A stretch of 64,000 nt of DNA. Source: an uncultured Acidobacteriota bacterium (GTDB taxonomy: Bacteria > Actinomycetota > Acidimicrobiia > Spongiisociales > ZC4RG35). Both the position numbers and the translations under genes were made by a program. The stretch lies in NCBI GenBank assembly GCA_963828465.1, contig CAWHEU010000002.1, forward strand, positions 128,001-192,000. Reading direction: 5' to 3'. Of the stretch, positions 1 to 12,079 are shown one piece after another (within the stretch, counting starts at the first letter, position 1; each line of letters opens with the position of its first letter). A model generated the notes under the pieces. That model saw only the letters and a list, made by a program, of their open reading frames with translations, searched no databases and was not told where the DNA came from.

Positions 1-2
1 AC

Positions 3-827
3 TTCTACTCGTCGTATGGGCGTGAGCTGCAGAAGCGGTTCTTCGACCACTTCCTCAAAGGAGAGGCCAACGGCTTCGACGGCACACCTCGGGTCCAGCT
101 CAACATCAGACACCCCGGGGAGAGATTCGTGTGGCGGGGGGAAGACGAGTGGCCCCTGGCACGAACGCAGTGGACCGAGCATCACCTGCATCCCGATCTC
201 TTGCTGAGCGCCGATGTTCCCGCCACCGCCGATGAGCTCGTCTACGAGGCCTTGGGCGACGGGCTCTCGTTCAAGACCCCGCCCTTCGCCGAGGAGACCG
301 AGATCACCGGTCCGCTGGCGGCCAAGCTCTTCGTGTCCTCGACCACCTCCGACGCCGACCTCTTTCTCATCGTGCAACTCTTCGACCCGGACGACAACGA
401 GGTCACCTTCGAGGGATCGACCGATCCCAACACCCCTATCGCCAACGGCTGGCTCCGTGCCAGCCACCGTGCCCTCGACCCGGATAGGTCCAAACCGGGG
501 CGACCGTTTCACCCCCATGACCGCGTCGAACTGCTGGAGCCGGGCGTGGTCTATGAGCTCGATATCGAGATCGTCCCCACTTGCATCGTCGTCCCCGAGG
601 GATACCGGCTCGGTCTCTGGGTGCGAGGCAAGGACTACGAGTATCGAGGCCCTCTCGATGAGTACGGTCAGAGTTTCTATTACGCCACGCGGGGAACAGG
701 TGGGATGACCCATGCCGATCCCGACGATCGCCCGCCGGACGTTTTCGGGGGCACGGTGACGGTCCACATCGGGCCGGAGCATCCCTCGCACCTGCTGGTG
801 CCGATCATCCCCAAGAGAGACGAATGA
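3..827 (+). CDS. CocE/NonD family hydrolase (X-Pro dipeptidyl-peptidase-like), C-terminal part; 5' end lies outside the window
   Basis: The frame is open from position 3 (FYSSYGRELQKRFFDHFLKGE...EDEWPLART). EITGPLAAKLFVSS, GWLRASHR and the LLVPII ending are typical of the PepX_C domain. Confidence 0.85.
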   Translation, partial: FYSSYGRELQKRFFDHFLKGEANGFDGTPRVQLNIRHPGERFVWRGEDEWPLARTQWTEHHLHPDLLLSADVPATADELVYEALGDGLSFKTPPFAEETEITGPLAAKLFVSSTTSDADLFLIVQLFDPDDNEVTFEGSTDPNTPIANGWLRASHRALDPDRSKPGRPFHPHDRVELLEPGVVYELDIEIVPTCIVVPEGYRLGLWVRGKDYEYRGPLDEYGQSFYYATRGTGGMTHADPDDRPPDVFGGTVTVHIGPEHPSHLLVPIIPKRDE

Positions 828-843
828 GGAGGAAAAGCCGATC

Positions 844-2443
844 ATGACGACAACGGTCGACTTCGTCGTCGCCGGTGGAGGGCACAACAGCCTGATCACC
901 GCCGCCTATCTGGCCCGGGCCGGCCAGGAGGTGGTCGTGTTGGACGTTCGCTCCGAGGCAGGAGGGGGGGCGGCGACCGAGGAGATCCTCACGCCCGGTT
1001 TCCTCTTCGACACCTGCTCCACGGGGCAGACCTTGATCCGGGTCAACCCGTTGCTGTCGAAGGACGAGCTCGGTCTCGTGTCCGAATTCGGCCTCACCTA
1101 CATCGAGCCCGACCCGGTGGCCCATGTCGTCTTCCCCGACGGCGAGACCTTCACCATGTGGCTCGACGTCGAGCGCACCATCGAGGAGATCACTCGATTC
1201 TCCGCCGCCGATGCCGCCGCCTACCGGCGGATGCTCGATGAGTTCGACGAGGTAAAGGGGGTATACAGCTCCTACCGCTTCACGCCGATCGGGTACGGCC
1301 CTTCGATCGACGAAGCCCTGGCGGCTCACCCGGCCGGAGCGATATGGCGCCGTCGCAATGTCATGTCGGCATGGGACGTGATCCGGCGCGAATTCGAGAG
1401 CCGGCACATCCAGGCGTTCATGTCGTGGATGGCGTTCATGACCTCACAGCCGATCGACTCGCCGGGATCGGGTTATCTCGCCTACTCCCTCGTGGGGGGT
1501 CGTCAGCGAAGCAGCTGGTCGGTCCCGCTCGGCGGGTCGGCCAGCCTGCCCCGGGCCCTGGTCGCCGCCCTCGAGGCGTACGGAGGCTCGGTTGTCACCA
1601 ACACGCTGGTCACCTCGCTCATCACAGAGGAGGGCCGGTGTGTCGGAGTCGAGACCGAGAACGGCAGCCAATACCGGGCACGAGTCGGGGTTGTCTCCTC
1701 CATCCATGTCAAAGACCTGGTCGACATGGCGCCCGCCGAGATGTGGGGCGAGGGCTTCATCTACGGCGTGGACACCTACGACGAAGGGCTTTCTTCATTC
1801 GCCTCCTATTACGCCGCCACCGAGGCGCCGCAGTTCCGCTCGTCCGGACCAGAGCCGATTGGCGCGGTCTCGGCCGGCACCGCTCCCTGGCCGGAAGACG
1901 TGATCGAGTTCGGCCGTGGGCTGCGCGAGCGCCGGCTCCACCGACCCGGCACCTTCCTTCTCTTCGCCACACCCACCCTCGTCGACGAGACGCGGGCCCC
2001 CGCCGGCGGCCACACCGTCAAGATCCTCAGCCTGGCTCCGTACGACTGTCCCGACGACCTTGGGGACTGGGACACGGGCAAGGACGTCCTGGCCGCCGAG
2101 CACTTCCAGACCTTGCGGCGATTGCGCCCCCAACCTGACCGAGGAGAAGATCCTGGCGTGGAAGGCGAAGAGCCCGGTCGACATCGAGGCGGGAAACCCG
2201 CACATGTGGCGGGGAACCATTCACGGGGGTGACCGCGGGCTCGCCTACGGCGGCCCCCAGCGACCGGTGCCGGGATGGGCCTCGCACCGCATGCCGATCC
2301 CCGGCCTGTACCAGACGGGGGCCACCACCCATCCCGGTGGGTCCATCACCGGTGGGCCCGGTCGCAACGCGGCGATCGTCATCCTCGACGACCTCGGGAT
2401 GAGCCTCGACAGCATGGTTGCAAAAGGAGGAGATGGCACATGA
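844..2443 (+). CDS. Phytoene desaturase-like NAD(P)/FAD-dependent oxidoreductase (COG1233); one frameshift near 2130
   Basis: N-terminal [17 protein letters not shown] Rossmann motif. The C-terminal [24 protein letters not shown] lies in the next frame (ORF 1916..2443), with the switch in a C-run at about 2127-2131. Confidence 0.85.
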
Positions 2444-3588
2444 CCACGACCACCCAGCCCGATCTGGGCTTCGCCCCCAATGAGGATCCGTTCATCGTCG
2501 CCCACGGCGGGTTCTACCGGCGCTGGCTCTCGATGATCGACGACATCGAGGAGTTGAAGGAGGCGGTGTCCAGGCTGGAGGGAACCACCGAGGACAAGTG
2601 GGTCCCGGTCTGGGAGGAGATGGGTCGTCGTCATGAGGACGAAGGCGACCGGCTCGAGACAGCCGGGGACCATGAGGCGGCGAGGAAGGCGTACCTGAAC
2701 GCAAAGAGCTATTACGCCATCGGGCGATTCCCCGGCGAGATCAGCGAGATCAAGACCAAGATCAGCCAGGACTGCGCCCGCGCCTATCTGAAGGCGTGCG
2801 CCCATCTCGACCCGCCGATGGAGGTGGTCGACTTCGAGCATGAGGGGCTGACAGTGCGGGCCCACTTCCGGTCACCTGTCTCGGACACCCCGGTCCCGGC
2901 CGTGCTCATCATGTGTGGCGCCGACGTGTTCAAGGAGGATCGCGGGTTCGCCCAGGACCTGTGCATGGAGAACGGTATGGCGTCCCTGGTGATGGACGGC
3001 CCCGACACGGGGGAGAACCCATTCCCGTGGGCTCCGGAGTCCGTGTCGGCCTGGGAGGCGGCGATCGACTATCTCGCCTCCCGGCCTGAGGTCGACGGCG
3101 ACCGGATCGGGGCATTCGGGATCAGCCGCGGCGGCTACTCGGTGATGCAGCTCGCCGGCACGGCCCCCGACAAGCTCGGCGCAGTGGTGGCCAACGCCGG
3201 CCACCCCTTCGGCTACGTCATGGGAGACGAGGAGCTCGAAGAGTTCGTCCGGGTGCGGAACGAACGGGCCACATGGCGGTTCGGCGCTCCCGACGACCCG
3301 CCTTCGTTCCCACCCACGACAGCGGAGAAGGAGCGGTCAGACTTCAAGCGCTGGGCTCTCTCTGAGCAGGGCATCCTCGAGAACATCACCATGCCGGTGC
3401 TCATGATCAACGGGAAGCTCGACCATCTGGCGCCGATCGGGAACATCTATTTCATGCTGGAGACAGGCCCGGCGACCGGCAAGGAGGCGCGCGTTTACGC
3501 CGATGCCGGTCACTGCGCCTTCAAATACCAGTCGCACTGGGCCCCCGCCACCTTTCAGTGGCTGGCAGAGAAGCTGGGCCGGGCCTAG
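2440..3588 (+). CDS. Alpha/beta hydrolase, FrsA/DUF1100 or 2,6-dihydroxypseudooxynicotine hydrolase-like
   Basis: ATGA overlap with the upstream stop and an AGGAGG RBS. GISRGG nucleophile elbow, INGKLD acid and GHCA histidine. Confidence 0.8.
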   Translation: MTTTTQPDLGFAPNEDPFIVAHGGFYRRWLSMIDDIEELKEAVSRLEGTTEDKWVPVWEEMGRRHEDEGDRLETAGDHEAARKAYLNAKSYYAIGRFPGEISEIKTKISQDCARAYLKACAHLDPPMEVVDFEHEGLTVRAHFRSPVSDTPVPAVLIMCGADVFKEDRGFAQDLCMENGMASLVMDGPDTGENPFPWAPESVSAWEAAIDYLASRPEVDGDRIGAFGISRGGYSVMQLAGTAPDKLGAVVANAGHPFGYVMGDEELEEFVRVRNERATWRFGAPDDPPSFPPTTAEKERSDFKRWALSEQGILENITMPVLMINGKLDHLAPIGNIYFMLETGPATGKEARVYADAGHCAFKYQSHWAPATFQWLAEKLGRA

Positions 3589-4739
3589 CCGATACGTCTC
3601 AGTCCCCGGGGCACGTCGTGCAACGGCCGGTGCCCATCGCCGGAGACGACCACCAGATGCCCGGTTTGGACGCCGGCCTTCTCGTCGGTCGTGATCACGT
3701 TGGGTTGGATCACCAGGGCCATTCCTTCTTCCAACCTCATGTCGGGCGTGGGCAGGTTGGGGCGGCTCTTGGTGCCTAGGACCGGGGGCAGATAGCCCCC
3801 GCCATATCCGTGGACCAGGTCGTCGTAGATGGTGAAGCCCATCTCCTCGATGACCGAAGACGCCTCGACCAGATCGCGAACGTGGGTGCCGGGCCGCGTC
3901 GCGGCCCGATGGCATCGAAGGCGGCGTCGGCGGCCGAATGGAGGTCGGCGTAGAGCGGGGTCGGGTCGGCTTCGATGGTGAAGCTCCTCAGAACCTGGCC
4001 GGCGTAGCCCCAGAAGGCGGCACTGATCTCACAGAAGAGGACGTCGCCCGCCTGGAGTCGTCGCGTCGATTGGAACTGCGATGGCACGCACACGTCCGGA
4101 TCGGCCATGGAGGTGGCGGCGAAGTAATGGATGTGGTTGGTCCCGCCCTCGGCGAGATAGGCCGACTCCATGATCGCGGCGAGCCTGCGCTCGTCCATGC
4201 CGACCCGAGCTTCGGCGGCGATGGCCTCCACCGCCAGGTCGGAGAGCCTCGCCGCGACTTCGAGACGCTCGATCTCCTCAGGTGACTTGACCAGACGCAG
4301 ACGCTGGTACTCGCGGTCGAGGCTCACCAGGTCGCCCACCGACCCGGCGAGGTCCCGATGGTCCCGATAGCCGAGCGGTCCCAGAATCCCTACCCGCTGT
4401 CCCTCGATCAGACGCGCACCGACGATCTCCCCGAGCCGCGTGATGGTGGAGGGCCCGCCCCATTCGACCTCACAGTCGGTCGCTATTCGGCGGGCATTGG
4501 GGAGATGGTTGTAGTGCTGGACCAGCAAGTGGAGCGGTTCACCGGGTGTGACGACCAGTGCGGCCTCCCGGGTGACCGGCCACTCCGAGAGCCATTGCAC
4601 CGCGGAGCCGGTCCGCTCCGATCCGTAGGCGATGAGGTGCGATACCCCGGCTGTGCTCCATGACCTCGAGCACGGCCTGGCGTCTTCGTTGCAGCTCGCC
4701 CTCCGAGAACCGGGGGAAGGGATCGGGGTCGCGAGCCAC
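3585..4739 (-). CDS. M24 family peptidase (Xaa-Pro aminopeptidase/creatinase-like); two frameshifts near 4650 and 3905
   Basis: Three consecutive fragments: FPRFSEGELQRR; RLVKSPEEIERL...GYAGQVLRSF; LVHGYG...LEEGMALVIQPN. Confidence 0.75.
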
Positions 4740-4746
4740 TCTCTCG

Positions 4747-6108
4747 TCAGAGCTCGCGCCGGCGTGATGTGTGGAGGACGCAGCTGGTGACATGGCCGGG
4801 TTCGACCTCCTCCAGCTCTACCGGCGCTACGGGGAGAAAGCTGAGCAGGACCTTGTTGCCGTCCACCGAGACGCTCTCCAACGCCGGCGACAATGCCGGG
4901 GGCATGCTCCCGCTGGTCATCGCCTTGCCCACGGCCTCAGCCGAGCCATCGTCGCCGAAGGCGAGGGTGGCGTCGAAATTCGACCGCCGCTCCACGGCGG
5001 TCATGGTGTCCAACAGGTTCGTCTCCACGCTGAGCCAGGTGACCGCGTCGTCTACCTCCCACCCGCAGATCGGCGTCGCCACAGGGCACCGGGTGTGGAA
5101 CCGACACCCTTCGGGAGGATTGGCCGGATCGGGGACCGTGCCCTCCAAGCCCTCGATCTCCTTGTCGACATCGGCATCGAGGTCGGGGTTGGCGGCGAGG
5201 AGCGCCTCGGTATAGGGATGTCGCGGGCGCTCGAACAACTCCGTGGCAGTGCCTTGCTCCACGACCTGGCCCAGGTACATGACTGCGATGCGGTCACTCA
5301 TCAGCTTGACCACTCCCAGATCGTGGCTGATGAACAGATAGGTGAGACCCCGGTCACGCTGGAGCTCATGGAGCAGATTGAGGATCTGCGCCTGCACCGA
5401 GACGTCGAGGGCGCTGGTCGGTTCATCGAGCACGATGAAATCGGGATCGAGGGCGAGGGCTCGCGCGATGGAGATTCGCTGCCGCTGCCCTCCGGAGAAC
5501 TGATGCGGGTATCGGAAGAGGTGTTGGCGTCCCATGCCGACGCTTTCGAGCAATGACACCACCCGCTCGGTCAGCTCGGCCCCAGAGGCCTCCTTGTGGA
5601 TGCGCAAAGGCCGGCCGACGATGTCCTTGACCAGTTGGCGGGGATTGAGGGAGCTGAATGCATCCTGAAACACAACCTGGCAGTTCCGGCGATACGCCCG
5701 CCAGGCCTCGCCAGTGAGAGCAGTGATCAGATGGCGGGAGTCGATTCGCTCCATCCTCTTGCGCTGTTCGGGGGTCCGCTCCTTGCCAGGTATCGCGAGG
5801 ATGTCTTCCAGCGCAGCACGGTCCACATCGGGGAGTCGGAAGTAGATGCCACCGCCCGTCGGGGCCGTGATGCCACTGATGCACCGCCCGAGAGTGGTCT
5901 TTCCGCATCCACTCTCACCAACCAGGCCCAACGTCTCACCGCGGCGGATCTCGAGTGACACACCGTCGACGGCTTTCACATGGCCGACCACCTTCTGGAG
6001 CACTCCGTCCTTGATCGGGAAGTGCTTCTCGACATCGATGAGGGTCATCACCGGTCGATCGCCCACCGATCCCTCGCGCTCCAGGGACTGGGCCCACACC
6101 GAAGTCAT
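4747..6108 (-). CDS. Oligopeptide/dipeptide ABC transporter ATP-binding protein (DppF/OppF-like)
   Basis: [38 protein letters not shown]. Confidence 0.92.
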   Translation of the reverse strand: MTSVWAQSLEREGSVGDRPVMTLIDVEKHFPIKDGVLQKVVGHVKAVDGVSLEIRRGETLGLVGESGCGKTTLGRCISGITAPTGGGIYFRLPDVDRAALEDILAIPGKERTPEQRKRMERIDSRHLITALTGEAWRAYRRNCQVVFQDAFSSLNPRQLVKDIVGRPLRIHKEASGAELTERVVSLLESVGMGRQHLFRYPHQFSGGQRQRISIARALALDPDFIVLDEPTSALDVSVQAQILNLLHELQRDRGLTYLFISHDLGVVKLMSDRIAVMYLGQVVEQGTATELFERPRHPYTEALLAANPDLDADVDKEIEGLEGTVPDPANPPEGCRFHTRCPVATPICGWEVDDAVTWLSVETNLLDTMTAVERRSNFDATLAFGDDGSAEAVGKAMTSGSMPPALSPALESVSVDGNKVLLSFLPVAPVELEEVEPGHVTSCVLHTSRRREL

Positions 6109-6122
6109 CGGGTCATCGGTTC

Positions 6123-7327
6123 CTAAGACGGCACCTCACCGGGGCGGAGGCCTAGCTCGGTTGGATCGTCGTGGACATGACAGGCGACTCCGTGGTCGAC
6201 ATCGTGGCGAAGGAAGCGGGGGTCGACCTTGCGGCAGACCCCGGCCGCATAGGGGCAGCGGGTGTGGAACCGGCAGGAAGGTTGCGGGTCGATGAGCTCT
6301 GGGACGTTGCCTTCGATGGCGGCGAGCTCGCCTCGCTTGTTCCTCGACGACGGAATCGCCGCCATCAGACTCCGTGTGTAAGGGTGGAGGGGCTGTCGGA
6401 ACACGTCGTCGGTCCGACCGATCTCGGCGATCCTCCCGGCATACATCACCGCGACCCGGTCGCAGATCTCGCGCACCAGCGAGAGGTCATGGCTGATGTA
6501 GAGCACGGAGGTGCGCCGCCGCTGTTGCAGCTCCGAATCAGATTCAGGATCCGCGCCTGGATGGTCACATCGAGAGCGGTAGTGGGCTCGTCGGCGATGA
6601 GGAGGTCCGGGTTGCATGCGAGCGCTTGGGCGATGAGGACCCGCTGCTTCATCCCACCCGAGAGCTCATGCGGATAGCTGGCCATGATCCTGCGCGGGTT
6701 AGGGATCTGGGTCTCGGCCAGTGCCTCGGCGACGTGATCGTCGACCTCCTCCCTCATTTTCGCCGCCTTCGACCGCAAGGGGGGGAGTTTCAGCAGGATC
6801 CGCTCCAATTTGCCGGACTGCTGGCTGGCGGCGCGGCGGATGATCACCGGGGCGTTGGGGCCGAGCGGTTCGAGGAGCTCGTCACTCCGGTGCTGGAAGA
6901 ACACCTCGGCAAGCTGATTCCCGATCGAGAGGGCTGGGTTCAGGGCCTTGCTCGGGTCCTGGAAGATCATTGCGATGCGGTTGCCACGGATCTCCAGCAT
7001 CTCGTCGTCGGCGATGGTGAGCAGGTTCACCGGCCCCCCGCCCGCGGCTTGGGTCTCGCTCGACCAGAAGTCGATCTTCCCGCCGGCATACACCCCGGGC
7101 GGGCTGGCGACCAGACGCATGAACGAGCGGGCGGTGACGCTCTTCCCGCATCCGGTCTCGCCAACCAGTCCCAGCGTCTCTCCATCGCGAATGTCGAATG
7201 AGACGCCGTCGACGGCATGGACCATGCCGGCCTTGGTCTTGAAGTGGACGCTGAGGTTCAGCACCGATGCCACCAGCGCCCCGGTTGCCCCTTCGGTGGA
7301 GATGCCGGCCGGTGCCGTCGAGGTCAC
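6123..7327 (-). CDS. Oligopeptide/dipeptide ABC transporter ATP-binding protein (DppD/OppD-like); frameshift near 6533
   Basis: GTGA-coupled start. [26 protein letters not shown]; continues in ORF 6123..6617 (ISHDL, HPYT, CRFHTRC). Confidence 0.9.
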
Positions 7328-8247
7328 CGGGATTCGGTCCTTGGGTCCAGCACGTCGCGAAGACCGTCGCCCACCAGGTTGAAGGCCAGCGCCCACAGGA
7401 AGATCATCAACCCGGGAAAGGTCGAGGCCCACCAGCGCCCGGTGGAGATGCCAACTTGGCCCTCGCTGACCAGGACACCCCACTCGGCCAGACCGGCCTC
7501 CGATAGGCCGATGAAGCTGAGGGTGGCGCCAACGAGGACGATCGCCCCCATGTCCATGGTCGCCTGGACCATGACCGGGGTGATCGAGTTGGGGAGGACG
7601 TCCTTGAGGTAGATCCGGAACTTGGTGTCGCCGATTACGCGAGCGGAATCGACGTACTCGTTCTGCTTCACGTGGATGATCTGCCCCCGGATGATACGGG
7701 CGTACTTCACCCAGTAGACGATGGCCAGGGCGAGGATGATGTTCGAGAAGGACGGGCCGAGAACCGCGGCGATCGCTAGGGCGAAGATGAGCTCGGGTAT
7801 GGCGAGGAAGACGTCCACCACCCGCATCAGGATCTCGTCCATCTTGCCCCCGATGAAGCCGGCCAGGCTGCCGACGATGGTGCCGATGGTCACGGTGACC
7901 GCGACCACGATGAGCGACAGCCAAAGGGAGGTGCGGGAGCCCCAGATGACCCCGTAGAGGACATCGCCGCCGTGTGCCGTGGTTCCAAGTGGGTGGCCCG
8001 GGGTTCCCGGCGGCTCGTTGAGGGCCGTCCAGTCGCGCGGCATCTGGTAGGGGTTGGGCTCGTTGGGAGTTGTCAGAACCGGCGCCAGGAGCGCCATGGC
8101 GAACATCAAGACGATGATCACCAGCCCGATGACGGTGACCGGGTTGCGCAGCGTCTGGACGGTGACCTCGCCAAGCCGTCTGAGACGGACCGTCAGAGCG
8201 CCGGTGGCGGGAGGAATGATCGTGCGGGGCTGGACGATGTCGGCCAT
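7324..8247 (-). CDS. ABC transporter permease (DppC-like)
   Basis: [20 protein letters not shown]-like loop [22 protein letters not shown] ending. Confidence 0.92.
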   Translation of the reverse strand: MADIVQPRTIIPPATGALTVRLRRLGEVTVQTLRNPVTVIGLVIIVLMFAMALLAPVLTTPNEPNPYQMPRDWTALNEPPGTPGHPLGTTAHGGDVLYGVIWGSRTSLWLSLIVVAVTVTIGTIVGSLAGFIGGKMDEILMRVVDVFLAIPELIFALAIAAVLGPSFSNIILALAIVYWVKYARIIRGQIIHVKQNEYVDSARVIGDTKFRIYLKDVLPNSITPVMVQATMDMGAIVLVGATLSFIGLSEAGLAEWGVLVSEGQVGISTGRWWASTFPGLMIFLWALAFNLVGDGLRDVLDPRTESR

Positions 8248-8249
8248 GG

Positions 8250-9264
8250 TCAGCTTCCGAGCACGACGCGACGGTCGAGGTAGGCGTAGATGATGTCGAC
8301 GGCGAGGTTCACCGTGAGGAAGAGAACGCTGGTGAAGAGGACGTAGGCCATGATCGTGGCTTGATCGCCACGCAAGACGGCGTCGGCCAGCCATCGGCCC
8401 AGCCCGGGCCACTGGTAGATGATCTCGACCACCACCGTTCCCTGAAGCAGGAACCCGAAGCTGAGGCCGATGACGGTCATCGTCGGGATGAGCGCGTTCC
8501 GCCGGGCGTGCCGCTTCAGGACCAGGCGCTCGGGAAGCCCCTTGGCACGGGCGGCGTCTACGTAGTCCTCGTTGAGCTCCTCGACGAGCGACGAGCGCAT
8601 CATCCTCGTGATGATGGCTGTCGTCGCCAGCCCGAGGGTGATGGCGGGGAGGACGAGGTGCCAGATGGCGTCCCTGAACGCCTGCCAGCTCCCGGCCATC
8701 AGCGAGTCGATGGTGTACAGCCCGGTGGGATGGGCGATGGAGGCCCAGATGGCCGGGTCAGACCGGCCCACCGGGAACCAACCCAGATACACCCAGAACA
8801 CGATGAGCAGCACGATGGCGAACCAGAAATCGGGCATGCTCGACCCGCTCACCGAGAAGATACGGGTGAGGTGGTCCGGTAATCGATCGCGTCTGGACCC
8901 GGCGAAGGTCCCCAAGGTGATGCCCAGGGTCACGGCCACCAGGCCGGCGGCAGTAGCTAGCTCCATGGTGGCCGCGAGCTTGCCCCGGAATACCTGGGTC
9001 ACCGGAGCGACGGCCACGCCGGACCAACCGAGGTCCCCGCGGAGGACCCCGCCCGCCCAGGCGACATATTGCACCGGAAGCGGGTCGTTCAGGCCGTAGC
9101 GGTCCTCGAGCTCTTCGACTTCCTCGGGTGTCATCTCGTGTGACATGTAGATACCGATCGGTGACCCACCCACCCGGGTCAACGCGAACACGATGATGGA
9201 GACGCCGATCAGCAGTATCGGGAGGACCATCAGACGCCGGATCAGGTAGTCGCGTGATCTGCAT
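8250..9264 (-). CDS. ABC transporter permease (DppB-like); probable 1-nt insertion just after the start
   Basis: [30 protein letters not shown]. The ATG at 9264 gives [11 protein letters not shown] if one base is removed; otherwise the first in-frame ATG is 9230. Confidence 0.9.
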
Positions 9265-9288
9265 GAAAGGGGTGTGCTCAGTGTGGCA

Positions 9289-9320
9289 GGTGGGGAGCCC
9301 TTTGGAACAGGCTCCCCACC
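9289..9320. terminator. GC-rich stem-loop after the solute-binding protein gene (mRNA stabiliser or partial terminator)
   Basis: GGTGGGGAGCC-N10-GGCTCCCCACC, a perfect 11-bp inverted repeat between the SBP and permease genes, with no U-tract. Confidence 0.7.
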
Positions 9321-9326
9321 GTTGGT

Positions 9327-11066
9327 TCACTTGTCGTAGAAGGCGAACTTCACTCCGGGACGCGGCCACAGCGGGTTCATCACGAAGCCAGTCACATGGT
9401 CACGATGAGCGTTCAACGCCGTTTCATTCCCAGCGATGATCCACATCGGGTCGTCGTACAGCATCGGCGCCAGCTCCCCGTAGAGGCCCAGCCGCGCGTC
9501 GGTGTCGAGCTCGGTGGCGGCCTCGTCGATGAGCCCGGCGACTGCATCGGGGTCCTGATACATCTCCCTCATCCCGTGCACCGTCCCCCATTCCCCGTCA
9601 GGATGGATGTAGGCGTTCATCAAGGCAGCGGGGTCGGCGAACGGATCCGCGTTCTTGGCCCACAAGGCGTATGGGATCGGATCCGAGCCATGGGCCTCGT
9701 CGAACTGCGATTCGGCCTGGGCCAAAACCCGGATCTCGAAGGCGGGGTTCAGCGCCGCCATCGAGTCCTGAAGGACGAGCGACGCCACCTCGAACAGGTT
9801 CCCTTCTTCGGCGATAACCGACACCGTGAAGCCCTCGTCCCACACACCGGCCTCCTCGAACAATGCCTGGGCTTCCTCCAGGTTCTGCTCGTACACCGGG
9901 TAGTCCTCGCTGTACCCCAGCATCCCCTGCGGGAAGTAATGAGGCACCCCTCCGCCCAACCCGCCCAGGGCGCCGTCGATGAAGCCCTGGTAGTCGAAGG
10001 TGAGGTTGAACGCCCGCCGGATCCGCGGGTCCTGGAAAAACTCGGGCGTGATCGTGTCTTCTGGGGGCAGCGAGCCCTCCTCGAACCGGGTGTTGAATCC
10101 GATATGGATTGGCTCGAGCAGGAACCCGCCCTGGTAGATCTCGACTACTTCCGCCCCCTCGAGGTCGGGCACTAACGATGGGTCGATCTCCATCATGTCG
10201 TATTCCCCTGCCCGCAGCCCGAGGATCCGCGTGTCGGTGTCCGGAGCGATGTCGATGCGCACATCGATGTTGGCCGGGGTGCCCCAGTAGTCCTCGAACA
10301 CACCGAGCTGGAAGTTCTCGCCCCTGTTCCATGCATCCAATTGGTACGCACTGGAGCCCACGGGGTTGGCGGTCAGGAACTCGTTCACCTCGCCGGCGGC
10401 GACGCCTCCATTGGCTTCAACCGCGTCCTGGCTAACGATCGAAGCCACCGAGGACGTGACCACCGCGTTGATGAAGGCGGCACTGGGTTGTTGCAGGGTC
10501 ACTTCGAACGTCAAGTCGTCGACAACAGTGGTCTCGGCCACGATGTCAGAGAGGAGCCCTGCGTTCCCATCCGGGAGGTCCATGGTCATCGCCCGGTCCC
10601 AGGAATACTTCACATCCTCCGCCGTCAGCTCGGTGCCGTCGTGGAACACGACGCCTTCCCTGATCGGGAACGTGAAGGTGAGACCGTCCTCCGAGATCAA
10701 GCCGTTGTCGATCGTCGGCACCTCCGTGGCCAGGCCGGGGACCAGCTCCGGCCCATCGGGACCGACCTCGATCAGACGCTCGTAGACCTGGGTGATGATC
10801 GTCTCACCGCCCTCGCCGGGCTCCACCTGGGCGGGGTCCAACGTCGTCGCCTCGTCGTCGGCGGCATGGACGAACACGTCACCGCTGCCCTCGCTCTCAG
10901 CGCCACCGGTGGTGGCAGGGGCTTCACCCTCTTCTGTTGTCGTCGCCGGGGCTTCGCTCCCGTCGGTGGTGGAGTCCGTCGTCCCTCCCGTGGTGCAGGC
11001 GCCTGCGACCACAGCGAGGGCGAGTAGCACCGTCCACCATCGTGTCGATCTTCGGCTCGAGCTCAT
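9327..11066 (-). CDS. ABC transporter substrate-binding lipoprotein, family 5
   Basis: AGGAGG RBS. Lipobox-like VAGA-C, then TLDPA, FHDGTELTAEDVKYS, DPRIRRAF. Confidence 0.92.
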   Translation of the reverse strand: MSSSRRSTRWWTVLLALAVVAGACTTGGTTDSTTDGSEAPATTTEEGEAPATTGGAESEGSGDVFVHAADDEATTLDPAQVEPGEGGETIITQVYERLIEVGPDGPELVPGLATEVPTIDNGLISEDGLTFTFPIREGVVFHDGTELTAEDVKYSWDRAMTMDLPDGNAGLLSDIVAETTVVDDLTFEVTLQQPSAAFINAVVTSSVASIVSQDAVEANGGVAAGEVNEFLTANPVGSSAYQLDAWNRGENFQLGVFEDYWGTPANIDVRIDIAPDTDTRILGLRAGEYDMMEIDPSLVPDLEGAEVVEIYQGGFLLEPIHIGFNTRFEEGSLPPEDTITPEFFQDPRIRRAFNLTFDYQGFIDGALGGLGGGVPHYFPQGMLGYSEDYPVYEQNLEEAQALFEEAGVWDEGFTVSVIAEEGNLFEVASLVLQDSMAALNPAFEIRVLAQAESQFDEAHGSDPIPYALWAKNADPFADPAALMNAYIHPDGEWGTVHGMREMYQDPDAVAGLIDEAATELDTDARLGLYGELAPMLYDDPMWIIAGNETALNAHRDHVTGFVMNPLWPRPGVKFAFYDK

Positions 11067-11116
11067 CGCTTCACTCCTCCTCAGTTCTCGCCGGCATCCC
11101 GCACCGCCGGCGGCTG

Positions 11117-11169
11117 GCACAATCGTTTGCTGAATCGATCGTGCAATTTGTATGCCCAATCGATTGTGG
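11117..11169. promoter_or_regulatory. Repeated operator-like sites in the divergent SBP/LLM intergenic region
   Basis: GCACAATCG at 11117, CGATCGTGC at 11136, palindrome CAATCGATTG at 11157-11166. Confidence 0.45.
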
Positions 11170-11226
11170 CTGCGGACAGTAGCCAATACGATCGCCACCC
11201 GGCAACAGGTTCTCAGGAGGTCGACA

Positions 11227-12072
11227 TTGGGCCGTTACGCCATCAAGACACCGACTCATCACACCACATGGGACAAGATGCTCGAAGTGTGGACAGCAGC
11301 CGACGCCGCCGAGGTTTTCGAGTCGGCTTGGAACTTCGATCATTTCTACCCGATTCGGGGCGACACCAACGGCCCGTGTCTGGAGGCATGGGTGACCCTC
11401 TCCGCCCTTGCCCAGGCAACTCAACGAATCCGGCTGGGGACGATGGTGTGCGGGATGCATTTTCGGCACCCGGCAGTGACGGCCTCGATGGCCTCATCCC
11501 TCGACATCGTCTCCAAGGGACGTCTCGAGCTGGGCTTGGGGGCAGGCTGGTACCCACTCGAAGCCGATGCCTACGGGATGGACCTGGGGACGGTCGATGA
11601 GCGCATGACGCGGTTCGAAGAGGGCACCGAGGTCATCCACCTGCTCCTCACCGAGGAGACGACCGACTTCCAGGGCAGGTTCTACTCACTGAGCGAGGCT
11701 CGGAACGAGCCGAAGCCGGTGCAGAAGCCCAGACCGCCGATAGTGATCGGGGGCCGCGGCGAGAAGCGCACCCTCCGACTGGTGGCGCGTTTCGCCTCGA
11801 TGTGGGACGCGCAGTTCGTCGAGGAAGAGCAAGACGAGTGGCGCCGGCTCAGAGATGTTCTGTGGGGGCACTGCGCCGATGTGGGGCGCGACCCATCGGA
11901 GATCACCCTTTCCTCTCATCTGCAAGTCGACCCGGAGCCCGATCCCGCCGAGGTGGCCGGACGCGCCGACATGCTGTTCCAAGCCGGTCTCGACCTGGTG
12001 ATCGTCGGTATCACAGCCCAGCACGACGCCTCGACCGTAGAGAAGCTGGCGGCCGCCTTCGCCGCCCAGTAA
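11227..12072 (+). CDS. LLM-class (probably F420-dependent) oxidoreductase
   Basis: TTG start after AGGAGG. WNFDHF, GRLELGLGAGW, PKPVQKPRPPIVIGGRGEKRTL. Confidence 0.88.
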   Translation: MGRYAIKTPTHHTTWDKMLEVWTAADAAEVFESAWNFDHFYPIRGDTNGPCLEAWVTLSALAQATQRIRLGTMVCGMHFRHPAVTASMASSLDIVSKGRLELGLGAGWYPLEADAYGMDLGTVDERMTRFEEGTEVIHLLLTEETTDFQGRFYSLSEARNEPKPVQKPRPPIVIGGRGEKRTLRLVARFASMWDAQFVEEEQDEWRRLRDVLWGHCADVGRDPSEITLSSHLQVDPEPDPAEVAGRADMLFQAGLDLVIVGITAQHDASTVEKLAAAFAAQ

Positions 12073-12079
12073 CCGTGCG

